Shown: piece by piece, positions 38,795-50,192 of the stretch | Position numbering within the stretch: position 1 is the first letter of the stretch | Layout: each line of letters opens with the position of its first letter | NCBI GenBank assembly: GCA_039545335.1 | Contig: BCIN01000007.1 | Location: 1,046,530-1,110,529 of the forward strand | Reading direction: 5' to 3' | From: Kondoa subrosea | Taxonomy: Eukaryota | Length of the DNA stretch: 64,000 bases | The notes under the pieces: model-generated | Told to the model about the DNA's origin: nothing | The model's database searches: none | Seen by the model: the letters and a program-made list of their open reading frames with translations, nothing else | Program-made: the position numbers and the translations under genes

Positions 38795-39226
38795 ATGAAG
38801 GTTTCAAGCATGTGGCGACGTGTGTTGGCTCTACCTAAGCTCTGCAAGGGTACAATATCAAGTTCCCGACTACTTTCTACACAATTAGGTCAAATTACAC
38901 CCAAACTTCGAATTTCCTTCACTTGCGCTGCACCTTCATGCAATTCAGTCAGATCAACGCACGAATTCTCTAGACTAGCTTATGAAAAAGGAATTGTTCT
39001 GGTGAAATGTCCTGGTTGTGATACTAGACATTTGATTGCCGATCATTTGGGTTGGTTCGATTCGGATGATTTGACTAGTGGTGGCAAGTTTAAGGATATT
39101 GAAGCTATCATGAAGAACAAAGGAGAAGAAGTTAGGAGAGTTAGTACGGAACAGGAATTGCTTGGTGGTGATGCAGAGATTGAGCAAGGCAAAGTTGTCG
39201 AAATGGGTCAGGTAGTAGCGGATTAG
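38795..39226 (+). CDS. ZIM17: Mitochondrial DNL-type zinc finger chaperone Zim17/Tim15/Hep1
   Basis: Presequence-like N-terminus; ISFTCAAPSCNSVRSTHEFSRLAYEKGIVLVKCPGCDTRHLIADHLGWF. Confidence 0.94.
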   Translation: MKVSSMWRRVLALPKLCKGTISSSRLLSTQLGQITPKLRISFTCAAPSCNSVRSTHEFSRLAYEKGIVLVKCPGCDTRHLIADHLGWFDSDDLTSGGKFKDIEAIMKNKGEEVRRVSTEQELLGGDAEIEQGKVVEMGQVVAD

Positions 39227-39758
39227 TGAAGTAAGGTCTTTGAGCGAAAGACTGGGAACAAAGCTAATCCTTGCATCTAGCTGGAATATCTTCTGTATCT
39301 TCTGTCATTATCGGCCAGAAATCACCCTTGATGAAGGCTTATCGTTGGATATGGTCAAACCTTGGAATGCATTGATCGGTAGAGTACGAACCGAATTTAT
39401 CTAATATTGTATAGTAGAGGTGAGATTCCTTTCCTTTTGATTGCGAATCCATGAGCTGATCCTGATATCAAAGCTTGTACATGTTGGCATTGCATTAGCA
39501 CAACTCGTTCGATTGTCTGACTCTTTCCGACCTCATAGCGTGGCGCGGGTAGCCCTATCTCCCTGCTATATGCTCGAGGATGGGCAGCTTTGATCATGAA
39601 AATCCGTTCGTTGTAAGCAAGGAAATGCTCTAAAGTATGGCGTATGTACATTTTTCGCTCGTTCACAGCTCTAACTATCCTCCTTTTACTCTTCTCTGCC
39701 ATGCAGCTCCTCATACTCTAATCCTATACATCAGTCAATGGCGAAAGACAGAAAAGAT

Positions 39759-40687
39759 TTAGTAGTACATCTCTTCATCAGCTGAAGAATCGCTTAGATC
39801 GTCCCTACATTCTCTATAAGCTGAAGGATGACCGTATGATCTTGCTTGCGAATGTGAATAAGGTACAGCGGAGAATTCCCAATTCGAAGAATAGAAAGGT
39901 TGTGCTCTGTGAAATTGTTGTTGCTGATAAGCTTCAGGTCGAGCATGACGAGAGTACTGAGGAGGAAAAGGATGACGAGGGTGCTGGTGAGAGGGAAGAG
40001 AGTATGCCGATGCAAGGTAAGGATTGAATTGCTGATGCTGATGGAAGCGTTTTGCTGCCATCTGAAGGAGTATCAACAGAGAACCTTGGAAAGATGAGAC
40101 GAGGATCTACCTGCGATTGCACTGCGTGATGGTGTGCTTCTCTTTGCTGCATTTGAAGCATATGGTGCATTCTTTGATCCTGCAGAAATATCAGCTGTAC
40201 TCATATAATGATGACAGGTGTAAGACCCACCTGCTCTGCTCTTGTACGGTGCAGCTCTCGTTCTAAAATCTCAGCCTTTCTTCGGTACTGGTGTATCAGG
40301 CGACCATTGTCAGCTGCGCGAAAACATGGTGAGCACAGCCCACGCAAGCTATTGAAAGAAGGGACGCACAACCTGCGAACCTTTCGAGTTGAGCATACTC
40401 TTCGATGTTCCGATTGTCTAGCTGGCGTCTGCGCGAATTGAGGTTGATACTAGCGAAGACCTATTCACACAGCTGTCAAAGAAGCGATGTCGATACCAAA
40501 TGTGTACTCACACTTGATTGCATAGCAGCTAGACTCATCTCTAGTCTATCCAGCTCTCTTGTAGCTCTCAGTTCTTCAATGCGCATAAGGCGATCTTGAG
40601 CAGTAGGCGCATGCCTTGACAGAATATATCAGCGCAATCCTGAGAGCTGATAGGAGACAGAACGAACCAGACGTTTGCGCCAACCAT
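39759..40687 (-). CDS. Orphan family protein A (multi-exon)
   Basis: Spliced MVGANVW|HAPTAQDRLMRIEELRATRELDRLEMSLAAMQSS|..LERELHRTRAEQ|DQRMHHMLQMQQREA..|MAAKRFHQHQQFNPYLA..; supported by paralogy to the neighbouring gene. Confidence 0.7.
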
Positions 40688-41295
40688 TCTGAGGCAATTA
40701 TTTGAGTAGAAGTGAAATAAAGGTAGATGTGTGAAAGAGAAAGAAGATGTTCGTACGCTTAAACACATATTGTACACACACCTGATAAAGGATGCGAAGA
40801 GATAAGAAGACTGTGTAGCGGACTTGGACCCATCGGATTCTAAATCATCGGACACGAAGACTGCTTCGGGTTAAAATGAAAGATAAGAAACGGCAGTGAT
40901 AGCTCATCTGAATCACTATGCGAGTAGAAGAAACTCAAGATGTGTTCCCAACTGTCAGTATAGCAGTGAGAGAATTGTCATCGCTCATAACGGACAGAAG
41001 CACGGACAAGAACAGACCATGGATTTAGAGTTCAGAAGGACTCATCTAGCACTCTGACCGCGGACAACTCTATCTTCACTCCGAAGCAGCAAGAAGTGAA
41101 GTAAGCTTAGCGGATTATCGAATATCACAGTTTTGGAATGGAAATCGTTCTTTAGACAGTGGCGCACTTTTACTATATTTCAGAGTCAATGTCAGAAGAA
41201 AACAACATCTTCATATGACGGTATGTACTCACTATACAGTATGAAGAATTTTACAGCTCACATTGTCCTGACATTGAATTTCCCACAGCTGTCCG

Positions 41296-42064
41296 CTATC
41301 TCCTAACCCCCGAATGGTGTATTGCAGTGGCTGATGCTGGCCAAATGTGATCGTCTATGCGACGTGTCGGCTCGAAGCGCACAGCAGCCAGATACGGATT
41401 GTGTCGAGCTCTGGCGATTGCTTCCTGTAAGCGCCTCGTAGCCATCTTGAGTGAAGTGATTAGTCCACGGCGGCGAAGAGCACAAGATAGAGCATACCTC
41501 TGCTTGCCTAGCATGCGCTAGAGCCTCTTGATCTTGCATATGCAATAGATGTCTCAGTCTTATATCCTACACAGCTCTCAGCGGGCACAACGATAGTAAG
41601 CTAAGAACACACCTGCTCAGCTTGAGTCCTTAGTAAACGCTGTTCGAAAAGGCCAGCTTGCTGTCGATACATGTTCATCACGGGTCTGTGATGGTCTGTG
41701 AGAGACGCCTGAGTACAGCTACTGAAAGAGCGTAGCAGACTTACGACCTGCGAAACGATCCAGCATAGCAAATCCCTCCACATTACCGTTCTCCATTTGT
41801 GTAGCCCTAGCTTTCAGATTCATGTAGTAGAATACCTTTCGCACAACTTAGCTTCATCATATCCTGTTGGAGGTATCACTTACATTAGATTGCATCATGA
41901 TGAGACTCCATTCAAGTCTGTCCAGCTCGTCAGACGCTCGTCCTCTTTCTATCGCCATAAGCCGTTCTTGTGATGTAGGTGCATACCTACAAGCTCGGCA
42001 GCAATCAATGAGTTATTGATGGCAATACAGATGTTACGACTTACCACGCGTGCCCTCCGACCAT
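41296..42064 (-). CDS. Orphan family protein B (multi-exon)
   Basis: Spliced MVGGHAW|YAPTSQERLMAIERGRASDELDRLEWSLIMMQSN|..FEQRLLRTQAEQ|DIRLRHLLHMQDQEA..|MATRRLQEAIARARHNPYLAA.. Confidence 0.7.
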
Positions 42065-42533
42065 TGTTCAGTATTACAGCCTTAAATGAATTGGTTTAAA
42101 AGTGTCCGATGAAGATCAAAAGATTCTTATGAGGGGTAGCTTTCCAGCTAGGAAGCTAGGTGCAGTGTAGGTGGACGGTTATGAGAGAAAAGGAGAAGGC
42201 AAAAGCGAAAACAGGAGACAGAAGACTGGTTCTCGAAAAGTCAGATGACCTTATGTTCCGGGTGTGAACCCGTCTGACGGTCATCAGGCTTGATCAAACA
42301 GACTGCTCGGGCAGTGCAAAAAGCTTAAACCGCCAGTAGTGTAGAGAAGAAAGACGTATGTTCGATTTGCAAGAGAATCGAGCTGCAGTTCGGGAAGACA
42401 GTAGTACAGCTGAATAAACAATGCAACCCAAGCCATTTACAATTAAGCTAGTAGTATTAAGAGGAACCGAGGTAGTAGCGAATGTAGTCGAGAGTTGACT
42501 AAAATACTTGACAATTGAAAGAGTTGTGACAAA

Positions 42534-43811
42534 TCAGAATCGCTGACTTCCAGCTGGATAGATAGATTGAGATCGAACAGGAGTGCCATTTGCGAGAGCC
42601 ATTTGTTCTTGCATAGCCAGGATCCGAGCTGGTTCATTGAAGGAGACATTTCGACTTCGAGGGCTGTTGAGAAGTGGAACATCTCGCTGAGTATTATTGA
42701 ATAACGGAACCTCCATCTCATGCGAAGAGCGGCGCCTCGGTCGCATTCGTTGAAGAGGAGGACCAGATGTAGGAGGAGATCTATTAATTCGCGGTGAAGG
42801 CAGAGTGGCACTCCAGGGCGAAGGCGTAAGAGGTGCAACAACAGTACCAGGAGAAGGGAGATCAAACATCCATGGAGAAGGCGTTCGAGGAGACAGAGGC
42901 GTCCGAGGAAGTATAGGTTCAGATAAGCGACGTTGCCGCTGGGGTAGCGGTCGCATGCTAGAGAATGTCGTTTCTTCGTAGGGAGAAGCCGGAGTGAAAG
43001 GTACCCGCTGCACAAAAACACAGGTTAGTCCGCCGTTGGACATGATCAGAGGCAGGCCAGAGGCCCTCACCATGTTTGCGGCAGCTAATCGCTGCCTGTT
43101 CCTCTCGTCCTCTTGCCACGCTCGATTCCTTTCTCGCTCTTCCAGCATGTTTCTGGCTGCGTTGAGCTGTCTTTGAGCTTCTAGGCCCCTTTGTGCTTCC
43201 ATGGCTGCCCTTTCTGCCTGCCTGACCCTTCTATTCTCTATCTGAATAAGCTGAGCCTCCCTGGCACGTTTAGCTTCAGCATTCATGATCATCCTCTCTT
43301 GTACCATCTGTTGTTGCGCTCGCCCTCTCCGTTGCGCTAGCTGTTGTCGGCGCAAGAAGTCCTGCCGCAGAGCCAATTGGCGAGCTCGTTCAATCTCAGC
43401 GAGCCTATATTGCTCCCGTTGTCTGTGTAGAAGGAATTGATTTGGACGTTGTTGTCCGTTATGCCGACGAGCATTAGCATTAGCGAGATCTAAAGCTTGT
43501 AGCCGATGCAGCTTTGCATGCTGTAGACGGTTCTGCTCGAATGCAAACTCGTTTTGCCGACGGATTGCAGCCCGTCGACCTCTTTCTTCCAATTCCCTAA
43601 GTTCGCTGTTCTGTTCCGTGTGTTCAGGCAGAAGCGAATCATACACTGAGGATATACTCACACGTCTGTGTCGCTCTTCAGCATCTTCTTCTTGACGAGC
43701 TTGTATCTCTTCAATGCGCATCTTAGCAATCTTGAATTGCCTGGATTCTTCCGTGGGAGCAGACCACACTTTAGCCTTCGGCCCATCGCTGAAAGATCGC
43801 AGAAAAGGCAT
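42534..43811 (-). CDS. Orphan R/Q/E-rich coiled-coil protein C, distant member of the same family
   Basis: 425-aa ORF (probably one in-frame intron near 43008-43070); N-terminal KVWSAPTEESRQFKIAKMRIEEIQARQEED; SP/TP-rich tail. Confidence 0.7.
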   Translation of the reverse strand: MPFLRSFSDGPKAKVWSAPTEESRQFKIAKMRIEEIQARQEEDAEERHRRVSISSVYDSLLPEHTEQNSELRELEERGRRAAIRRQNEFAFEQNRLQHAKLHRLQALDLANANARRHNGQQRPNQFLLHRQREQYRLAEIERARQLALRQDFLRRQQLAQRRGRAQQQMVQERMIMNAEAKRAREAQLIQIENRRVRQAERAAMEAQRGLEAQRQLNAARNMLEERERNRAWQEDERNRQRLAAANMVRASGLPLIMSNGGLTCVFVQRVPFTPASPYEETTFSSMRPLPQRQRRLSEPILPRTPLSPRTPSPWMFDLPSPGTVVAPLTPSPWSATLPSPRINRSPPTSGPPLQRMRPRRRSSHEMEVPLFNNTQRDVPLLNSPRSRNVSFNEPARILAMQEQMALANGTPVRSQSIYPAGSQRF

Positions 43812-44276
43812 ATAGGTTATGAACTATAGCAAAGGCTACTGAAGGTGCAAGGGAAAAGGCCAGCTCTGAGCAATACGGACAAAGTCTTCCTGCCAGGGAC
43901 TTGAATGAACGAACTGCTTGGCAACGAAAGTTGCGATGCAGATGCTGTACCAAGACTCCTGAGGAGCGCACAAAGAAAGCAGAAGTCAGCAGACTGAGGG
44001 CTGTGTTGCCCGTCGGAGTCAAAGGATAGAAATTGGTCAGATGAGTTTGATTCAGCCTGATTTTGAGTCGGAATGCTTGAGAAGGTGCATTCGAAGTTCA
44101 GCGAGAGGCACGTCATTATAGAACGGAGTGGACCTATGCTGCAAACGGTTTGGCGCAACATGAAAGCCAAACCGGACCTGGGTCATAGTCAAGAGCAACC
44201 GCAGGCTCATTTTACAGAGATACTATACCCCTATACAGTGTGCAGATCACATCTACATATCTCTCGCCCGGTAGAC

Positions 44277-47200
44277 CTAATGCAGAAATCCTGACTTCTT
44301 CCACGCCTGTACAAACTTCGTAACCAGGTCTTGAGTGACCGGTCCAGCTTGCTGAAGACTACTGGAGCGTAATGCCTCTGTGGTATCGACCTTGCGACCA
44401 CTTTGTGGCTTCCCTGAGTACTGCTCTTACTGTTAGGCTGAGCTGAAATGATAGTGAAGCAGAACATACAGCTGATTTCCACAAATCAAGCAATGCGAGA
44501 CTCGGAACAGTGTCGGCACTCTCATTGATGTCCTCTAGTTTCTCCAGCCATTCTCTAGGTGGAGTAGATGTGAAGTTTAGGCCGGCAGTATGCAACTGAT
44601 TGAGGATCTGAAGCCAAGTTGTGCTGACATCCGGATTGTAAAGATGATAGAAAGCTGGACCAGGATGTTCCGCTTGCGCCAGCTCAAGCATAGACTTTGC
44701 TGCAAGATCCACAGGTAGCCATGAAGGACTCTGCTGTCGGATCAGACAGTGTGTCAAGAGATGCGGCAATCTACTTACATCTTCGATCTCAGGCAAACAG
44801 CCAGTAGGCTCGCAAGAGTTGATGAGCAGCGGCCAACCTTCAGTCTCGTTCCAAATTCCTTGTTGTGTATCACCGCACAGCTGACCCAAGCGATACACAA
44901 TCACATCCAAGCCTTTCTGAGCAGCTTTCGCACATAGTTGCTCAGCGACCCATTTCGACTGAGCTTAACCCATAACTGCTGAATCTTCCGGATGAGAGGA
45001 CAGTTCCTCGACTGCTGGACTTTCCCGGCTTGGATTCAATACGGAAGCGATCGATGAGCAGAAGAGAAACAGCGGGCTGCTTTCGGTTTGTTTGGTCATG
45101 CACAGGTTCAAGAGATGAACAAGACCTGTTCAGGCTATTAGCAACTAAAACTTAACCTCTGTAATGACGAGATGAACCTTTGACTTGACTACTTTCGAAA
45201 CTACGCAAAGTCCAGCTGAAATTAACTGCCCACGCGCACTGCTGAAGAATCAGATCACATATCAAAATGGGAAGCATGCTCTCACATGTATCACCACATC
45301 TATTCGTGTCAGCTTCCTATGAAATTCCTGCGATAAGCCAAGATTGTCTTTCGATAAGTCGCTTGCCAAGCAAGTAACTTTCGCCATATCAAGTTTCACG
45401 AGACTTCTCTGCTTGAGTGAGGAATTGACTCGTGCGATTGCATCTTGGTCATCTTTGGCACGACAAAGGCAATAAACTCGTTCAACTTGGGTATTTTGTG
45501 ACAGCTGGTTCAGTAGATGGGCACCCAAGGCACCAGTCGCGCCTGTCAGTAGCTACAGGGGAGATCAGCTTTTTGACTTGAAGCTCACAGTTTTTGTGTA
45601 CTTACTACTGTACCGCAGATTTTCCGCCGTTTTGAACGATTCCGGTCGAATGATGCATTCTTGATAAGATCAGAGTTTCTAGCAGCCATATCTCTCATCA
45701 AATCTAGAACATCCACTTGAGTAGCATTAGATTGATCATTCTCTTGCAAAGCATGAATATGAGATGTTAGACTGGTCGATACATACTCAGCGCCGTACGG
45801 CTGAACAGAATCCGGATACTTACGACTTCAGAGAGGGATATTCAAAGACAACATTGCTAGCCAAAGATTGATTATTCAGGTTAACGGAACACTGTATTTG
45901 ACTTCTTATTCTAGTCGCTTGTAAGGAGTTTACACCCAGAGCAAACAGATCGGTATCTTCCTCTATCGCTTCTGACTTGACGTGTGAGGAAGCAACAATG
46001 ATAGAGCGCAAATGATTCATCAAATCAACCTTCGAAAGTCGTTGCTGGCTTGAAGCCGACTCTGATTTCGCCAAAGGAGGATTGTATAGTTCTTCGATAA
46101 TCGCAGAGTAGACTTGCTCTGCTTTCTTTTTCTGCACTGTTCCTTTACTGGTCTTCGGTAGCATAGAAGCATCTTGCACGAAAGCAATCATTTCAGGACC
46201 TATCTGACCAAAACTAGGTGCCGCGGCATTGGCTCGCTGTAGTGTGTCTTTCAACGCTTTGAGCAACTCTTCTCTAGTCAAGTCGACATGGGATGGAGAA
46301 GGAAAGAGCAAGCAACAGACTGAAGGTCGGTTTTGACCATAAATGAGGCATTCGCTTATCCGAGAGTCTGCCTTCAAGATTGATTCCATAGGCGCAGGTG
46401 ACACTTTCTCTCCATTAATCTATAAATTGTATGAGCCCAGGCAGAATGCACTTTAGTTAAAGCTCACCAGTACGAGCAAGTCGTCCGCTCGACCGAAATA
46501 TCGCCAAGCGTGAGGTAGCGAAGAATGCTTCTCGTACAGATCTCCAGTAGCGTAAGATCCGTCCGGTCGATTTCGTGCGTTCTATAGCGCATGTCAGCCC
46601 GTTGTCGGGCGAATACTTAGCTCGCGCACCAAAGAAGGCCAGTCTTTGTCAACTACCAATTCGGCCAGATCTCCTCCGTCTTGGATCTCAAACTGAAGCA
46701 TATCTTGTTGACCGATATCACGAAGATAGCTCCATTCCTTGTCTTGATCGAATTCCCTCCAAGAACTCATCAGGACTACACACTCAGATTGAGCACCGTT
46801 TTGAGGATCTGAAAGAAAAAAAGGAAAGGGAGACGAACAACCACATTCGCTAGATCCCATCCTACTGACTAATTTCCAGCCATAAGCCTTGACCATCTCA
46901 TCTCCGATTTCTTCTGGTAAAGGAGCACCACCAACAGAAATCATTTCCATCTTCGCCAACAGTTCTTTAGTTTCTTGGTTTTCGGCAAGCATATTGAGTA
47001 TATATGGTACAGCTAAGAAATATTTCACATCTTTGCAAGCTTGTATTGACGCAAAGACATTGGAAGCGGTTATTGGTTTGCTTGGCGTAAAGAGGTAGAG
47101 CACGCTTTCAGACATCATTGCTCGAAGTAGATCAGCTAAACCACCGTGATAGAGGGGAGTTGTGGTGAATGCTGCTACACCTGCTTTGCGAGGTAATGCA

Positions 47201-47979
47201 GTTGTCCAAACTTGATGAGTTTGATAGATCGGTTTCGGCATGCCTGTTGAGCCAGAAGTATGGAAAGCTACTGCAAGTGTTTCTGCTTCTTGTTTATTTG
47301 ATAGAACCCGAGGGAAAGATTCGATGGACTTGGGTAAGGTAGACGTATCGAAGGAACGAGTTTTCATCGGTATCAGTGGTACATCAAGCTTGGCAGTTGC
47401 TTCTTTGGCTAGTGCGGAAGTACGCTCATCATAGATCATTGACAAAGCTTTTGTACTTTGCAGTAGATTAACGACTGCATCAGCAGAGCATTGAGGTCTA
47501 CCAGAAACTCAGATAAGTCACTAGCAGTGAGCATTCAGAGACTAACGCTATCAGAAGACCGGCATAGCCTAATCGAAGCAGAGCTAGCCAATGTATAAGA
47601 AAGTCCAGCGAACTTGACGCCAGGATAGCGACAATCAATTGACTGGTTCCTTGCTCCTTCGTTCGAGCAGTGACTAGCTTTTCTTCTACTAATCGTCTTG
47701 CCAGAGCGTTAGAAGCTTGGTGTAGCTGAGCATAAGCTGTAACACATGAGCTACCACTTTCACTTCATCTTGCACAGACTCACTCAGGTCGGTACACGCC
47801 CATTGCGGTCCTCCTTCTGAGGTAGGCTCAGGCATGCCAACAGCGACCTGATCAGGAAGTCTAGCAGCCAGATCATCTAAAAGTTGATTGATCGAAGTGA
47901 TATCATGCGGATGCTGGGTATTGAGCTGTGCTGCCAGTTCACCTGTAGCAACCACATAGGGTATATCTTCAGCCTTCAT
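44277..47979 (-). CDS. NRPS-like adenylation-thiolation-reductase (A-T-R, carboxylic acid reductase type) with an in-frame TAA at 44965-44967; possible pseudogene allele
   Basis: A domain: FHTSGSTGMPKPI, TTPLYHGG, VGGAPLP, RMGSSECG, YATGDLYE, YFGRADDLLVL, NGEKVSP, LPKTSKG. T domain: DLFALGVNSLQATRIR. R domain: LLTGATGALGAHLL, FCSSIAS, MG*AQSKWVAEQL, YRLGQLCGD, WNETEGWP. Confidence 0.9.
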
Positions 47980-48216
47980 GCTTGTGTCAGAATAAGATTT
48001 CACGCAGAATCGCACAAGAGAGGAAAAATTACGTAATCCGGAGTCTGCCATAGCGAACGATTTATCAGCGCAAATGCGACAGCACCGTCTTCGAAATCTC
48101 TAACATTTTCTATTGGACAAGGTTTTTCTTTCTATCTAAAAGCCTCTATATTTTGTCATCTTCTTGTGGCACCGCGGAAGCCCTTCTGCCTCGAAGGATG
48201 GTTCTGAAAGTTCAAG

Positions 48217-49941
48217 CTACGGGCACTCAAAGACTCTTGCAGTACTAGCATTGATCCGTACCCATTTCTTCTGCTTCCAGAACATTTGCTTGAGCAGAAT
48301 CTAAAGTTCAATTTAGCGACTATTCTCTTCCGAACACAATAGAACTCACCCATGTCCACTGGAAGTGATATAAGGCAAAGAAAGGTATAGGATCTTGTAA
48401 ATCAAATGTCGGGTCCAGCGTATCCAATTTCACATCTTCCCAAGCTAAACTTTCCCAATATGGATGGACAATTTCCGTCGCTGGTAAAACAGCGGCTAAG
48501 AAACATGCTGGTATATCATGACCTAACCAAGAACAAGGTTTCGTGCCTTGAGGTGGTTTAGCGATACCCATTTGTTGGGTTGAGAGGTAAGCATGAGCGA
48601 AAGTAGGATTCGAGCGGAGAAGACATATTGCTGTGTGAATGCGAGGATTGCATTCGATTGGATAAAGCTCGCCGTCATCGGAAAGAATGAAGTCCTGTGG
48701 CCATCTGTCAGCAATGCGCGTGCTGCTGAGAAGAAAGGCAGACCATCGAAAAATGACCCTGCAGTATCTCGCTTGGTCCTCGCTCACTTTTTGCCCAGCT
48801 GGAAAGAAATTGCTCTGTCCAAGCTTCTGCTTTGGTGCCAACTTCAGTTGCAGTGTGATCCTCATATCGCATTCTACTCGGATCGTCAGCTGAAGCTGTA
48901 CTGGGCAGCCTTGCACTTACAACATATCATTACTAGGACAACAAACGAATGCGACCAGTTTCCCATCTTTGACTGTAGCATGCGTGCACCATTCTGATCC
49001 TTTAACGAATTGCTGAAGGATATAAGGTGTTTGTTCCGTCATGGGCACACTCAAGCCCTTTTGTAATCTTTGTAAAGTCTTGGGATAATCAGGACCGACA
49101 TCTCCAGCTAAAGGGTAATTGGTCATATCGTTTCGTCCTAAATCATCCAATACAGCAGTAGCTTTGAGAATCATTGGAAATTTGGATTGCTTTATTAGTT
49201 CGAGAGCTTTGGAAGGAGAAGAGACGACGTGTGATTCCGGAGTAGGCAGACCCATATCTTTGCACAGTTCCATAAAGAGGTCCTGTAGGCCTTTTTAACT
49301 TTCCTGAATTGCCGCTACCTTCTGACGGGACAAACCTTTTCGTGTAATGTCTTAGTCAAGTCTGGAGACGGGATGAAGCATTGTATTCTGCCATCACTTT
49401 CCTTCTTCATCATTTCCGCAGCTTTAGCATCTTCGACAGTTGTACCGGCGCCAGAACAAGGTATAAAGAGGTCAAACTTCTCCATCTCAGCTATACTAGC
49501 TAATGCATCCACATAAGCGTCCAAAGAATCTTGATTGCCTGGAATAGCGATCGGTAGCTTGTAGTACTTTGAAGTATATTTCGAGAACCGAGTAGCGCTG
49601 AAAGCTCCGTCTCTACAGACACAACAGATTAGTCATCAACTTCCCATCTACTTTCATACGGTCTGCTGCACTCACAAGCCTGATTCAGCTACAATCACTC
49701 GACATCCAGCTTTCCCTAATGCTCTCACTATCCCTAGCGATTTGTACATCTTTGCTCCATTGACCAAGACAGTTCGTTGAGGTCGATCATTGCCAATGAT
49801 GCCATTCCGATTCAAGCGCTGGTAGGCCAAGGCAAGAAAACATGCAAGAGCTGAAAATGGAGCAAGGCAGAAGGACAAGCCCAAGAGAAGGGCAGTAGAC
49901 AGCAGGAATTGAGCCTGTGTAGGTAGAGGCTTATTGCCCAT
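48217..49941 (-). CDS. mysC: ATP-grasp ligase, MysC type (mycosporine synthase)
   Basis: Hydrophobic N-terminus then RTVLVNGAKMYKSLGIVRALGKAGCRVIVAE, RFSKY, YVDALASIAEMEKFDLFIP, YILQQFVKGSEWCTH, DFILSDDGELYPIECNPRIHTAI, FDLQDPIPFFALYHFQW, KKWVRINASTARVFECP*. Same motif order as cyanobacterial and fungal MysC, recalled from memory. Confidence 0.85.
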
Positions 49942-50192
49942 TCCTCACAAATCGCTGTCCAAGAAAGAGAGAGCGGCTCAAATTAGGCGATCATCGAATT
50001 TATGTCATGGCAAAGTACTCGCGTCAGACTAGGGCTGCAAGAGCCGAAGAACAAGCTCATGGAGCGCATAGATATAAGTCACGTAGCATGCAATTGATCG
50101 AACTAGTTTTCATACAAAAATACTGAAAGGAAAGATCCCAAACCTGTGCATAACAAAACGACATTGCCCTACGTCCAGCTTGGCCAATGCTT

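Noticed and set aside
44965..44967. Genome-wide reassignment of TAA to Tyr
   Set aside because: TAA serves as the normal terminator at expected C-termini of PCNA, Tim23, the GT32 gene and phenol monooxygenase; no other in-frame TAA was noticed in conserved exons.
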